In this document: positions 50,891 through 64,000 of the stretch, piece by piece
Numbering within the stretch: position 1 is the first letter of the stretch
Layout: every line of letters starts with the position of its first letter
Assembly: GCF_036321535.1 (NCBI RefSeq)
Contig: NC_087437.1
Location: forward strand, 7,502,001 to 7,566,000
DNA from: Camelus dromedarius
Taxonomy: Eukaryota
DNA: 64,000 bases
Reading direction: 5' to 3'
The notes under the pieces: model-generated
What the model was told of the DNA's origin: nothing
What the model saw: the letters and a program-made list of their open reading frames with translations, nothing else
Databases searched by the model: none
Translations under genes and position numbers: made by a program

Positions 50891-51652
50891 TTTATTTTTT
50901 GTCTTTTTTTGAGAACGATTTTTCTCGTGTAAATTACTTTCGTTCCCACCCTCCTTTTTGCAGCAGCGGAGTGTATTTCCTGATGTTCGTGCCAAGGTGT
51001 CTTTTGTGCAGAGAATTTTTTTTTCCTCGCGTGGTTCGGCATTGTATTGACACTTTGTGTAGTTGGCCCCCCTTGACTTCTTGGGTTTGTAAGGTTTAGA
51101 AAAGAGCCTGAAGAAAGGCCGACGCCAGTGTTCACTGTGGGACGTGTATTTTGGTACCTCTTTAAGGAATTGGTTTTTATTAATCTTATGAGGTGAAAGC
51201 GGGAATTGTCCATATTGGTGAACTGCCAGTGTATCCTCCTAGAGTTTCAAGGCTCCCTCAATTTCTAGGGAGAGTTTGAAATGTTCTTCGTACCCGGAGC
51301 TTAATTCCGTGAGGTCTTTTGGAGAGGCATGATCCCCTGAGTTTAAGAAATGCAAACCAGAATCAAGATTGCCAAGTGTAACCTTTCTGTAGAATTGTAA
51401 GCGCTGTGAGCTTGGCAGAATCCTGACTGCTGCTTTTAAGGTGGAATACCGTTCCTCAATCCTGAATTATCTTAACACTCCAGGAGAGGCTGAGTAGTAT
51501 AAAGGCTGATCTGATCATAAGAGAAAGTTTCAACATATCTTTTGAAGGCGAGTATTATTGGACGTGAAGCTGGATTAAGCTACCGTTAAAAAACAAAGAT
51601 GTGGCGTGTGGATTCTTGGAGACTGTTGGGGAACATCTGCAAGTTGTTCTCT

Positions 51653-51673
51653 TTCAGGACCACGGTCAGGTCC
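51653..51673 (+). promoter_or_regulatory. Candidate REST/NRSF RE1 element
   Basis: TTCAGGACCACGGTCAGGTCC matches TTCAGCACCACGGACAGCGCC at 17/21 positions with canonical spacing. Confidence 0.5.
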
Positions 51674-54600
51674 ACGTTCCATCCCACGCTTCTCAAACTC
51701 CCCTCTGTTTGAGCCAGTTGATCTCAAGAGGCTCCCCCTGTAATTAGGAGTCTGTATATTCACCCTCAGCAAAAGCTATCAATCGGTTTCACAATGACTA
51801 TCCACACCTTCCTCCTAGTATGTTGCTTCTGCCTGCCGTCTTTCCTTTTTCTGCCTGTTACACAAGACTCACAGAAACTCATTTGTGCCGAAGGCTTGCT
51901 CAGTGATTCAGGTATCATTGTTTCTAACGATGATGGCATATTTCTTGGAGCTGATGTGGGAGGACACATCTGACTCTTATGTCCACTCCAGTAGTCTGGA
52001 TACACAGCCTTCTTGTGGGTGGGAAGTAAATCCCCTACTTCTGTGCTTCACGAATAGTTGGAAAAGTTTATAGGAGGGAAAAATGAAATATTTACTTGAT
52101 TTTCGTGCAGTTGTTATTTTTGACATTCCAGCCTACAGCCGTCAGGGTCGTTGGTGTGAATATTCTTCTCAGTGTTTTTATCTATATCTTTAGCCTTTCC
52201 CTCCCCATTTATGTTCTTGATGTGTCAGACAGTAGAAGTGAAGTGCAATGTGATTATTTATCTGTCTTCCTTAGATAATAATAAGAGAAAATACCATCTT
52301 AGAACTTCAGATCCCTGCCAATGTCGTCACACCCACCACCCGCCACTACACAAAGTCACCACCGCTGACCTCATGCACGAGTGTGGGTACTACTATTTAT
52401 TACCTTAGGAATCAATCCGTTTCTTGGAGTTGCGTGTTCTTAAAGTTGCAAATTTAAGCCCCGAAGACTTTCAACATTAATCACAAATGCATCTACTGAA
52501 AATGAGCTAATCAGTAAGTGGTAGTTACTTATCTCATTGTCATTTAAAGTTGAATGGAGAGCACCATGTAGTGAATCATCCCAGCGTAGCCCTGGGAAGT
52601 ACTGCAGGGATGTTTTTAGATTATCATTTGCTAATGAGAGGGGCTTTGGATCATTTGCGTGAGGGTACCTCTGCCTCTTTCACTGCAACATTTGATTATC
52701 AGAGGGCACATAGAGAAAGGTGGGTAGACTAGGGAATAGCTCTTGTTGTATTTTAACTACAGATGCTTGTGAATCCAATAGAAGGTTAGACATTTTAAAT
52801 CCTTATCTGGGAAGACCATCATCACATAACCAGCATTTAGAATAATTGCAAAAGTAAAGCTGTTGGAGAGCATGCTTGGTCTGTGCTCCAAGGGTCTGTG
52901 GGATTCCTGGAGGGAACCACTTTGGGTGAAATCAATCTGAAAATCAGTGAAGTAGGTTTCAAAGTAATGAGTAATGTAAAGGTTTATTTTCGCAAAATTT
53001 TGTCTACGACATTTGATGAAGACCCCTTGTCCCAACAAACCCCACTCAAGGAAAGAGGATTGTATTTTCTCATTTGCTTTTCATTTGAATTTCAGTATGC
53101 CTTGAATGATCTGGAACTTGAAGATATAACTTTAAGTGAATTTTAACCACAAATTTTATTGTATCTAGTATCATGGCATAACATTTTCCCTGCTAAATAT
53201 TTAGTTTAACTTATTCTATCTTTTCTGTGTTGACACAATTTTCATAGGTATGATTATTGTCCCTGAAGCTCTTTTCCTATGATCATCCTTCTGTCTCTTG
53301 ATTTTTTTTTATAATAGTCATTTATTTTCTTGTGCAAGATAAAACTATTTGCAAGTGTTAACTCTGCCTTATTTGTTAGGTATATTTTATAGTCCTGTAA
53401 GTTTTTTTGTTTTGTTTTGTTTTGGAAAATTCTGTTGAAAAAATAAGCAAGCAAACAGTACCCTAACAAGCCACCTTGCTAACTTAACCACCATGCAGTA
53501 TTATTATTAGCTTTATTGATTTAATACTGTAATGGAAAATAATAAATCTTAAAACATCATCTAAAATTTCTCCCAGGGAAAAGCAAATATGTACCAATAA
53601 AAGCCTATAATATAATCTTACTAATTTATCAGTTGAGGTAGTATCACAGGGCAACATAAAAGAAGTTAGTAATATGTTTCATCACCTAGTGACACTTTAT
53701 TGTTTTACATAATAGGATTTTTTTTCTTTTTAATATTTAAGAAGTGAGCTCTTTGTCAGGATTGAAAGACAATAGTGGACCATTAATTGAAACTGTTTTT
53801 TTCTCATATACGATGTATTTTTTTAAAACAATTGAAAAATATCAATCTTTTTTATATAAAATGACCCTAAAATATATTTAGTCTTGAAACGTGGTCTCCT
53901 GGTTTGCGCATTTAATTAAATGTAAATGAGACTTTGAAAAACTAGGAATCTTGCAATATTGAGTAAGTGTACCCCATTTAGGGAGAAAAAGTAACTCCAA
54001 CAAATTTCTTTGACTCATTACACACCATACTTCTTACTTGACATTCTTAAGCGTGCACACACACACACACACACAGAGTCTTAACATTATGACCTGCATA
54101 TAGTTTACTCCTACCATAGTTCCTTTTTTTCACACATCTAATGTACTTTAAAAAATCTTTTCTAAGTAGGCTTTTGCTTTGAGTACATGAATATTAATCT
54201 GGACAAAGGGAAAGAAAAATAACAGAGCACATAAGTACATAAAGTACATATTTTTAAAAATACTTGCCACGGGGTACAATTTGAGAAAAACACATCTTTT
54301 TGAGGATATAAAACTTTCAAAGGGAACTGTCCATTTGCAAACAGAATGGTGCATTAGCCTACATTTTCCAGTTGCATCAAAATTTGGCCAGAACACTTCT
54401 TTCCCTTTGGGGTTAGTGAGACAAGATCTAAGCTCTCAAGGAAGTTTGTAGCCCAGTAGACTCTATCAAGGAGAATCCAGTCAAAGTGTTCAAAAGTAAT
54501 GGTGGCTTAGAATTTCATTCATATTTGCATATGTTTTAGGCACTCCTATATAGCCTGTTCAAAATGGTCCAAGGAAATTTGTTAAATTGAAATGCTTCCT

Positions 54601-54981
54601 TCACAAAGGAAATTAACAGTGGTTTTTCTTTTCTCTGTTTTGCTTCGGTCTCTTAACATTAGAAGCACAGAGAGAGGGGTCGTGTACCCAGTGCAGTGGG
54701 AAGGGGGCACAGTGAGGTGAAGCAGTCAATCCTCAGTCTTGGCTGGTCACAGCAGTCGTAGCTTGGAAATATCATCAAGGGCATTAGTCAATAAAAAAGA
54801 ACGAGCTTCATTATTTCTGGGTCTGTCTGTAAAAGGCTGTTACATGAAAACATTCAAGGAAATACCCAGCACTCTGTAGATGTCTCCCCACGAAGAAAAG
54901 TTTATAATGACTTTATCTTTATTTTTTACATGCCACTAGTAGTCTCTTTTACTCCCCTTTTTCATGTTTAGAGAGAGTTTC

Positions 54982-55538
54982 TGTGTTAGCTTTCTATTTC
55001 TGTGTGGTAAATTACCACACATACAGTGACTTACCCTGTCACATTTTCTGATGGCCAGATATCCAGGCAAGGACTAGCTGGGTCCCCTGCTTAGGATCTC
55101 CAAAGACCACAAGGCTGCAACCAAGTTGTCAGCTGAGGCTCAAGGCCGTCCTCTAAGTTCACATGGTTGTTGGCAGAACTTAGTTCCTTGAGGTTTCAGG
55201 ACTGAAGCCCCTGTTTCCTTGCTGGCTGTCAGCCTGGGACTTTTCTCCAGAACTGAAGGCTTCCTTCCGGCTCCTTGACACACGGCTTCTTCTCCAGGCC
55301 CTCTCACAGCGGGACAGCCTCCTTCTTCAAGAGCAGCAGGAGTGTCTTTCTTTTAGGAGCTCAGTCAGGCCCCACCCAGGATCATCTCAAAGTCAACTGA
55401 TTATGTATCTTAATTACATGTGCAAAATCCCTCCCCAAATCGACTGTCCTGTCCAAACGCAAGGGAAAGGGGTTAGATGGGATGTGTTTGCAAGGAGCTG
55501 GGAATCTTGAGAGCCTGCTTAGAATTCTGTGTGCTCCA
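54982..55538 (-). mobile_element. MaLR (MLT1D/E-like) solo LTR
   Basis: tgtgttagctttctatt...aaattaccac...ggttgttggcagaacttagttcctt...ttagaattctg. Confidence 0.75.
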
Positions 55539-56239
55539 GGGGCTATCCCATTGTTGTGCTCATGCAGAGCCTGACGTTTGTTCTTCTACGAAGCAGATTT
55601 ATGGAGCTCACTCTCTGTGATTCTGTATGCGTGGTCCCTCTTTCCAGATAAGGAGGGTGACATGGGGTCTGTTGGTCTGTGTACAGGAGTCTTAATCTGC
55701 ACTGCAGGGAGAGCCAATCCATGAATGTGGCGTTTACAGAAGACCCAAGACAAGTCCTTGTAACCTAAGTACCTTTTGTAACCTCACCTGTTACTGGGCA
55801 GTTATGTGGGCTCTTTTGAAACAGCACCTTTTCCATCTCTTTCTTATGCCTCTAACCATGTTTCGGATTTAAGAAACTCCCCACTGTGCACTCTTGTCTT
55901 GAGCTGACTGTGTTAAATTGAATAATGTGCTTTCTTTAAACTTTATTCCAAGTTCACTAAAAAATAGAAAGGAAGAAAGAGTGAGGGAGAGAGAGGAGAG
56001 AATCAGGAGGAGGGGTGAGGAAGGAGGAAATTACTTGTTTTCATTCTTTTGACTTTAGAGGTGAATTCTTTACCCTGCAAAGCACCTTTCACGTGGGTTC
56101 TCAGAACTTCCTTGCAGTAATCTACGTGTTTGCTTTACAAGAATTAGATCTCTGTATTTACCAGAAATGCACTTCTTTGGATGAGTGAGATATACAAATA
56201 ATAAGAAAAGTTTTATTATATGGTCTTTAAAAGTACCAG

Positions 56240-56475
56240 ATAAATTTACGGTTACCAAAGGGGAAAGAGGGTGCATAGGGATAAATTAGGAGTTTGAGAT
56301 TAGCTGATACAAACTAGTATATATAAAATAGACAAGCAACAAGGTCCTACTGTATCACAGAGAACTCTATTCAGTAACTTGTAATAACCTATAATGAAAA
56401 ATAATACATACATACATACATATTATATATATATATAAACTGAATCACCAGAAACTAACAACATTGTAAATTCAA
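56240..56475 (+). mobile_element. Short LINE-1 3'UTR fragment
   Basis: ggttaccaaaggggaaag...gggataaattaggagtttgagattagc...caacaaggtcctactgtat. Confidence 0.85.
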
Positions 56476-57689
56476 CCAATCAAACAGTTTTTTCAACGAT
56501 ATTTAATTGACGCTGACTATATACGGAGCCATTATTCTAGGATCTTTCGGATAAATCAGTCTTGTCTCTCTAAGAGGACAATAAATGTGTGCACCAATCA
56601 CCATAATATAGGTTGGAAAGGGATAAAAGTATTCAGGAGGTCTAGGCAAAGGACTGTGCACATTTGGATGAGGGAGGAATAATTTCTGTGGGGGAATGAA
56701 CTGGGAAGTCTTCCTATAATAAATGACTTCTGGGTGGGAATGATGGGGTCATATATGACAAGGAAAAAAAGTAGTATTCCATTTACTTTGCCGGTTTGTG
56801 TGTCACTTGAGGCTAAAATGGGGGTGGGGGAGCTTCAGGGAGGATAGCAGGTAGCTTAGAGGATGTGAAAGGGGCAAGGTAGAGGCAGGAACACAATGGA
56901 AAGTCAATTAGGCCAGACACGGAAGGTCTTTAAAGCCAGCCTGCTTTGTCATAATAAGCCATGAGAGGCGGTGGCTCTGTGTCTTGGTGAGAGAAGTAGG
57001 TTGCTGCGTGTGCCTGGTGTAAAAACTCAACAGTCCCACATTCCACAGGCTGATGCATAATATAGGAGAAATGGCAGCCTTGAAACCTAAGATGCCGCTT
57101 CTTCCTGTAAAGCCCTGACACTTGAACAAGGGTCCCTTATTACGCAGTGGAACTGTGTGTTCTTCATTTGCTTACGGGTGTCTGCTTTGCCCCGGGAGCT
57201 AACTTTCCATTAGGAAAGGGAAAGATGGATTTCTGACCACCGGGCTGAGCACCCTGCTCCTCCAGGGCTGCTCACCCCAGTGTTGTCCTGTAGGATTACG
57301 CCTCTAGAGAGGAAAAAGAATTGAGGGTGTGCTAGACTTCTGGCCCCGAGAAGCATCTGGAGAAATGCCAACAGTCAAAGAAGACTACTGCAAACAGAAT
57401 TGCAACTTCTGCAGAGATAGTGGCTTCACCCAGGCAATGCATATTTGCTGATACAGTCTAAACACCAAGTTTTCAAATCCATTTTGGCTTAGCAGAGCCT
57501 ACAAACAAAAAAGAAGAGACTTCAGCTTTACCTGTGGTATAATTCATATTTACCAACTGGAGTCATGAAGAGTTTACTCAGTAATTTAAACAGTCAGCTA
57601 TAGTTCTTGGCTTATAAATTCCCTGGAAGATTTATTTTGCTTTCTTTTTTAGCTCTTAATACAGCTCTCATCTCCCTTAAGGCCTTCAA

Positions 57690-58450
57690 AATTCTCATGT
57701 CCTCAAAAGAACTAATAATCTTTTCTAGCCCATGATATACATTTATTCTCTGACCTTGAAATTGGCATCCCCACCCACCCATTTCTTCAGGCTGGAAATC
57801 TAGCCCATCCAACTAATTGGTTATCAAGTCTTTGAGATTTCACTTAGAAATGCCCTCATTTGACTCCTCATCTCCCTCTTCCATGCTTCTGCTTTGGTTT
57901 GGATCCTGTTTCTTATGACACAATTGCAACCTTACTCTCTCTAGACTCCTCCAGCCAGAAGCCCTGTCCCAGCCTGCTCGCTCCCCCTCCAGTCTGCATT
58001 GCCCCAGAGTGATTTTCGTTAAAAGCCGAATGACCGTTTAATCATGTAACCACCCATGCGTTTCCTGCCACCTCTTGGAGACTATCCAGAGTCCTTAGTG
58101 TCATCTGAACCCTCAGGATGGTTTGGCAGCACCTTTTCTAGCCACTACCTCGGAGGCTGCAGACGCCCCCCAAATCCCTTGTGCACCCATGCCTCTGGGT
58201 CCCTGCAAGGCTCCCATCCCGAAGGTTACCTTCTATCTACAGTCTTCCTGGGAGGCTCCAAGTCGAGGCAGGTGACATTTCCTCTCTGCTGCCAGGTGGA
58301 CTGTAATGATCTGCTCTCAGATTTCAAGCTCTCAGCTGTCAACTCCTTCAAGCCCTGACTGTGCCATCATTCATTTGTATCTCCCTCTCATAGACGGATG
58401 CTTGGAAAAGAGGTTTGACATAATAAATGTTTCTTTGAGTGAAAGAATCT
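57690..58450. mobile_element. L2 LINE remnant
   Basis: ggctggaaatctag...ccagagtgatttt...; ends in ataaatgtttctttgagtgaa, typical of an L2 3' end. Confidence 0.55.
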
Positions 58451-59163
58451 CAGATTTCCTAAAGGTCAGGTTTGTATATCAGTTGTCTTCACTGGTCACT
58501 GGTGCTCCTTTTATGCAGTATTATGTGGTTAAATTTAGTTTTGAAATCTAATTCTAGACTGGCTTCCAGCCCCTCGGTTTCACGTGGTGGAAGCACTAAT
58601 TTCTTTTTCTAAAACTCTAATGATAATAGTGACTCCCATTCGGGGTCTGTCTGCTTTATCTGCTCCTACACAACCCAACCCAGTGAGGAGGCAGGCTTTT
58701 CGGTTACAGAGGACAGGACGCAGCTCAGGATTTTTCTGTGTTATCACACTAGCCTATGATTTTGCTACTATAGCCTGTGATTTTGCTACTATACCCCACT
58801 GCTTTTGAAATGTGGCTTTTTAAATAATAAGTATAAACAGACTGGGGCACTCTGTGGTACCATTTCTAGTTTCTAACTCTTGCAGAAAAGGATTTCTTCT
58901 TTAAAGTTTCTCGCCCTTTCTAGGTTATAGGCTGTTTCTTTCTCTTTTGATACATTATGCTTTAAGTACTTGTCGTTTAAAGAATGTTTTTAAATTGGCT
59001 CTTGAGACTCACATCTAGAGCTGCTAAATGCACTCACTGTGCAAAGCAGTCTTACTCATCAAAGAAAATCTACTGTCCTTTTTTAAAAAAAAATAAAATA
59101 AAGAAACCCATTTTCTTTGAGATTCTTGTGCTGAGAATTTGTTGACTTTCGAACCTCCGTATT

Positions 59164-59165
<2 letters not shown>

Positions 59166-59197
<32 letters not shown>
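59166..59197. repeat. (TG)n microsatellite
   Basis: Perfect dinucleotide run. Confidence 0.95.
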
Positions 59198-59198
<1 letters not shown>

Positions 59199-59759
59199 TC
59201 AGGCTAATCGTGCCATAGAAGATATTCTAATTCTCATGACTATTGTAGTGACATCATTTTGTATTTTTATCTTGTTAGTTAGCTACAGAGGCAATTCATC
59301 TACCTATTTTGAGTCTGCTTTCATTGGAAGAAATATATTCTCCAGTGTCAGGCTCTGTTGACACCTTTTAATAGAAATCATTTACTTTTTCTCCACAATG
59401 AACTTACAGGAAGAAAAACGGGGGGTCTAACTTCTAAAGCTCAAATCTAATCTAAAGCCCCTTTTCTCCCCCTAAGTTTTCCTTGATCCTGATAAGTCTT
59501 TGGGATAGATTTCCTTATTGCACCTGTCAGTCCAACTGAGTTTCTTATTCTAGTTATTGAACTAGAGGGATCTAAGACCAGAGCTCTTATCAGTCTTTCC
59601 AAATTTTATTTGATTTTTCTAGAAAAAAAAAAGACCCACATAAGAAGTTCAGATGTTATCAAAATGTCAAATACCCATTTTGACAAGAAGTAGAATTGTC
59701 ATTAAGTGTGGTGTTCTGGCTTCACCTGCAATGGCAAGAATAATGTAGAAGATTAAATT

Positions 59760-61600
59760 GGGCATACTTTTGATCGTAACACCAAAATTAATGTTTCTAC
59801 TGTGATTCCATGGATTGTGGAAACGAATGAATGTCTTGGGACTGGAGCTTTTGTATTGTGTTAAAATTTTTGGTTTGAATAAAAGTTATAAAATTATTTG
59901 AAAGATTGTAATAATAGCTAATGTTTGTGTAGCATTTCCGTATATTCATTCTTTTATTTCGTTGCTTGAATTGCTTTTGAACTAAGATAAAAAGTGGCCT
60001 CCTATTATAATTTTTAATGTACATTTATTTTACTGTAAGTGAAGTTTAGCATTATTTAAAGTACTTAAGATCTATTTGAATTTCTTCCCTGGGCATTCTT
60101 TGTTCCTAGTCATCGCTCATGATTAATTAAATTGTTGGCATTCTCTTTTTGACATCTGTGAGCTCTTTACATGGTAACAAAATGAATACCTTACTGGTGA
60201 TGGGAATCATATATGTTTTCTCCACTTTTAGTGGAGTTTTTGATTTTTATGTAGATGAATTAATCAGTTTCCTTTTATGACTTCTGTGTTTTGTGTCATA
60301 CTTAGAGAAGCATTTCCTATTCTGAAATTACTTTAAAAACATCATATCTGTTCTACCACGGTTTCATTTTTTATATTAATTTTTTCACCTCTATTAAAAA
60401 GTTCTGTCATTTGATCTGTTGAGTACCATGTAGGGGTTGAAAATTTTCTTTCTAGATTTCTATCCACTTTTCTAACAGTATTATTCAATAATTCACCTTC
60501 CCCATGCTGATTTAAAATCGCCAGTTTATCATATTCCATATTCCTATATGTAACTGTCTCTGTTTTTTGACTTGCTATCCTATTACCTTTATCTATCTTT
60601 CTCTGTATTTGTTAGTTCCACAGTTTTAATTACAGAAGTTTTTTGATATGTATTAAAACTCTCATTCCATTCTGTGTTTTCCATCAGAATTTTACTTGGC
60701 TAATCATACCTACTTGGAAGTCCACCGGAACTTAAGAGTAAGATTAGCTAGTGAAAAAAAAAATCCTGATGGTATGGAATCTCCTGTAGGAAAAATGACA
60801 TTTTTATAATGTTGAAAACTCATATGCAAAAATGTGCTATGTATTTCTACCATTTACATCATTCTGGAGGATTCTCAATAAAGCTCTAGCACTTTTCTGG
60901 TTTATTTGATTCCTAGTAATTGCATCTTTGTAGCTGCTACATAAAGTGGATTCTCTTCTTCCACTGTTTTGATTTTCTAATTCAATCATGTTCGTCATTT
61001 GAGGGCTGTTGATTCCTATGTTTTATTGTTTTTCTAACCAGCTGGCTTGTTGAGTTTCTACTACTCTTTGTAATAATTTTACAGATGGTGTTTTGGGGTT
61101 TTTATGTAAGAAATAATATTGTCCTCAAATAACACTTTTGCTTCCTCATTTCCAGTTTTCACAACTCTTATTTTTTGTCCCCTTAATTTTTTTTCTATTA
61201 TCTAATTGCTCTGGTTAGTATTATAAATACTATGGAAATGGTAATGAACAAGAATATTATTCTTGTTCCTGACTTTAATAGAAATTATCTTAGTGTTTTT
61301 CTAGTAACTATTTTTCTGGTTTTCAGTTTGAGAAATAAATGTTTCATTATAAGGAGATTTTGTAATGTATTCCTATCTTATTAAACAATTTTATCACTTC
61401 TTTCATCATCTATTCAAGTAATTCTTTGTTTCTTATTGAATCAATTAATATAATAAAATCTTTTGACAGGTTTTATAATATTGAACTATCCTTGCCTACT
61501 TTCAATAAAAGTTACTTGGCCATGTTGCTGGATTTTACTTGTTAATGTTTTATTTAGTATTTCTTTTAGAACTTTACTTGTTAATGTTTTACTTAGAATT
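59760..61600 (-). mobile_element. Old LINE-1 remnant, antisense
   Basis: T-rich, with motifs such as ttttgtgtcatacttagagaag and tcttgttcctgactttaatag. Confidence 0.7.
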
Positions 61601-62458
61601 TTAGAATGTTTGTGTATATTCATTTTTTCTTTTTTTTTTTTTGTATGTATGTATTATTGGATTTTTGGTGAGGGGAACCACATATGCATATTTGTGCCAG
61701 TTGTAATGTAGTCTCATCAGATTTATAATTCGTGTCAGGTTTTTCTTATTTTAATAAATTATTATCATTCATCATTACATTAAAACAAGCCAAGGTGGAC
61801 TGGTTGATCTCCAGTTAGTTCTTACAGCTTTGGCTGTGGTGTTTCCTAGTAGTGTCTCAGATGCCTATGTAGTGAATATAGTTCTTATTTTAATGTGTCC
61901 TTACATACTACAGATGCCCAGCAATGACATATATCTTCTATCCTAACATTTTCCAAATGTGAAATATACATGTATATTCTTTCCTAGAAGAACATACACC
62001 TTGTACACCAGCCAGTAACACCATGGCTCGCAAGATGCATAATATTACCAGGTCACAAGTTAGTGGACTTATGAAACATGGGAAAGTATAGCTTAAGTGT
62101 ACATGAACTATATATAGAATACTTCTCTACTCTAAAAGAAATTTTGTAGTGAAACTTTTTTGTTAGTTAACACAAGTCTCACAAATATGAAAAATTCTTT
62201 TAATGAAATGTCAAATCCCCATTTCTTAAGAAAATTGATGATGAATGTGTGTCTGAAAGAAAATGTTGACATTTATATCTATCATGGGTGACCGCATTGG
62301 GGCAGTATTATTGACTTCATTAAAATCAGAAGCCACAAATCTGCTGAATAAGCATCAGCATGTTTTTAAAAAATCAGTAGCTGATTTAAGAAGACTATAC
62401 CTGCAAATAATGATTCATTCCACAGAAGGTATCTTGGACATACTGCTCTGTGTAGCAG

Positions 62459-62985
62459 TGTTACCAAGTCCAATCTCATACTGCTTGCCCCATGACAGGC
62501 CAATAAGTTGAGAGACAAGGTGTTAGGCAGGGAATGAATAGTGACATTATTTGGAAAGCCAGCAGACCAAGAAGATGGTGGACTAGTGTCCCAAAGAACC
62601 ATCTTACCCAAGTTAGAATTCAAACTTCTTTTATACTAAAAGCAGGGAGAGTGCTTCTCATTGTTGTAAATTTCTTGGTATAGGAATCCTTTATTCTTGC
62701 AGCTGTCCGTGTAGGTCTGGTCACAGTGTTCCTATAAAACTCCAATGAGACAATTGCTGATTTCTTTTCTGCAATGTTTTATCTCTGTATGAATGGAAAA
62801 GTGTTATACCTTTAAAGGTCAAGCCTGGGAGGCAGAGCCTTGAGAATGAGCTCTCCTGTATATTTCAAGCTATAGGCAACATTCTTTTACAAAAGGTGCA
62901 GAGTGATTAAGCCCAGGCAACATGGCACAAAGTTTACAGCTAAAGGAATAGATCCAATGTGGAGTCAAGTTTGTTCTCTGTTATA
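62459..62985 (-). mobile_element. ERV1-like solo LTR
   Basis: tgttacc...tgttata termini with near-TSD gcag/gcat (4 bp). Internal aaagccagcagaccaagaagatggtggacta resembles ERV1 LTRs. Confidence 0.7.
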
Positions 62986-63019
62986 GCATGACTTTTCATT
63001 TAGATCAAAGAACTGACAT

Positions 63020-63385
63020 TCTAAATTAATTGTATGCATTCATTTTTTTGACGAGGTTTATAATGGTATAATTTATATACAATAAAATCATCCCTTTTAT
63101 GTGTAGACTTCAGTGAATTTTGCAAAATGTGTACAGCCATATAACCACAACCACAATCAAGATTTGGAACAGTATCTCCTCCCCTCAGAAAACTAATACC
63201 CTCCCCCATCTTCCAGTTCCTAGGGACAACTAATTTGTTTTCCACCCCAATGTTTTTGCCTTTCCTAGGATGTAAGATTAATGAAATCATATAGTACATA
63301 GCTCCCTGCTCCCCAGCCCTGGCTTCTTTCCCTTAGCATAATGCTTTTACAATTAATTAATTTTTTGCATATGTCTGTAGTTTTA
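63020..63385 (-). mobile_element. Old LINE-1 3'UTR, antisense
   Basis: ataatttatatacaataaaatc...accacaatcaagat...ctggcttctttcccttagcataatg. Confidence 0.75.
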
Positions 63386-63754
63386 TTGTTGAAAATTTCA
63401 TTCAGTTTTGATTTTGAGTTTTCTTATACATGTAGAAAAAAATGAGGCAACAGTGGATAATGTATTGTTTCTATAGTAGAAGAACTTATCAAGTATTAAT
63501 ACCATCAAGGTTTTCAGTAGAAAATCAGTTAATTTTAATAGTACTTGAGTTTGCACATCAAATTCATGGATATAAATAAAGCTTTCCAAAGTTGAGTTTA
63601 TAGAAGGTAAATCACATAGTATTGTAAATCCTATTGTAAATTCAGTTAAATGGATCACTAAAAATAAAGTTACTTATTTTGTGGTGACAAGACATGTAAA
63701 TTTTGGTAGAGCAGAGTGTCACAGTAAAGGCAGTGTTTATTACATTAAAAAGTA

Positions 63755-64000
63755 TATAGACAGTCTCTTCAGCAAATGGTGTTGGGAAAACTGGACAGCA
63801 GCATGTAAATCAATGAAGCTAGAACACTCCCTTACACCATACACAAAAATAAACTCTAAATGGATCAAAGACTTAAACATAGACAGGATACAATAAGCCT
63901 CCTAGAAGAAAACATAGGCAAAACATTATCTCACATACATCTCAGCAATGTTCTTCTAGAGCAGTCTACCCAGACAATAGAAATAAAAGCAAGAATAAAC
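63755..64000 (+). mobile_element. Younger LINE-1 ORF2 fragment, running off the window
   Basis: Translates [41 protein letters not shown], clear L1 ORF2. Confidence 0.95.

Larger units (their letters stand above)
50858..64000 (+). other. KCNH8: Intron 1 of the channel gene (continues beyond the window)
   Basis: GTAAGT donor at 50858-50863. No downstream PAS-domain coding exon was recognised, and the sequence is repeat-rich. Confidence 0.85.

Noticed and set aside
1..64000. CRISPR arrays, operons or prokaryotic defence systems
   Set aside because: The sequence is mammalian, with no regularly spaced repeat-spacer structure or gene-dense coding.

Overview
This is mammalian genomic DNA, not microbial. 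It is most likely from a camelid, judged from five copies of a ~110-130 bp tRNA-derived SINE resembling camelid Vic-1. About 48 kb is AT-rich, repeat-dense intergenic sequence (old and younger L1, L2, MIR, ERVL/MaLR LTRs, hAT MITEs). A bipartite CpG island follows at ~48.8-50.9 kb and contains the first coding exon (50782-50857, [25 protein letters not shown], then a GTAAGT donor) of an Elk-subfamily EAG potassium channel, most likely KCNH8. The remaining 13 kb is intron 1. Almost all ORF-track entries are spurious or L1 remnants. I find no evidence of a new multi-gene system. The most notable observations are an out-of-frame upstream ORF overlapping the channel start, a candidate REST/RE1 site in intron 1, a convergent CTCF pair, a ~150 bp inverted duplication, an orphan retroposed non-repeat fragment inside a MIR, a twin-primed (5'-inverted) L1, and CpG gain in ancient repeats. 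Repeat family names come from recalled consensus similarity only, and their boundaries are approximate.
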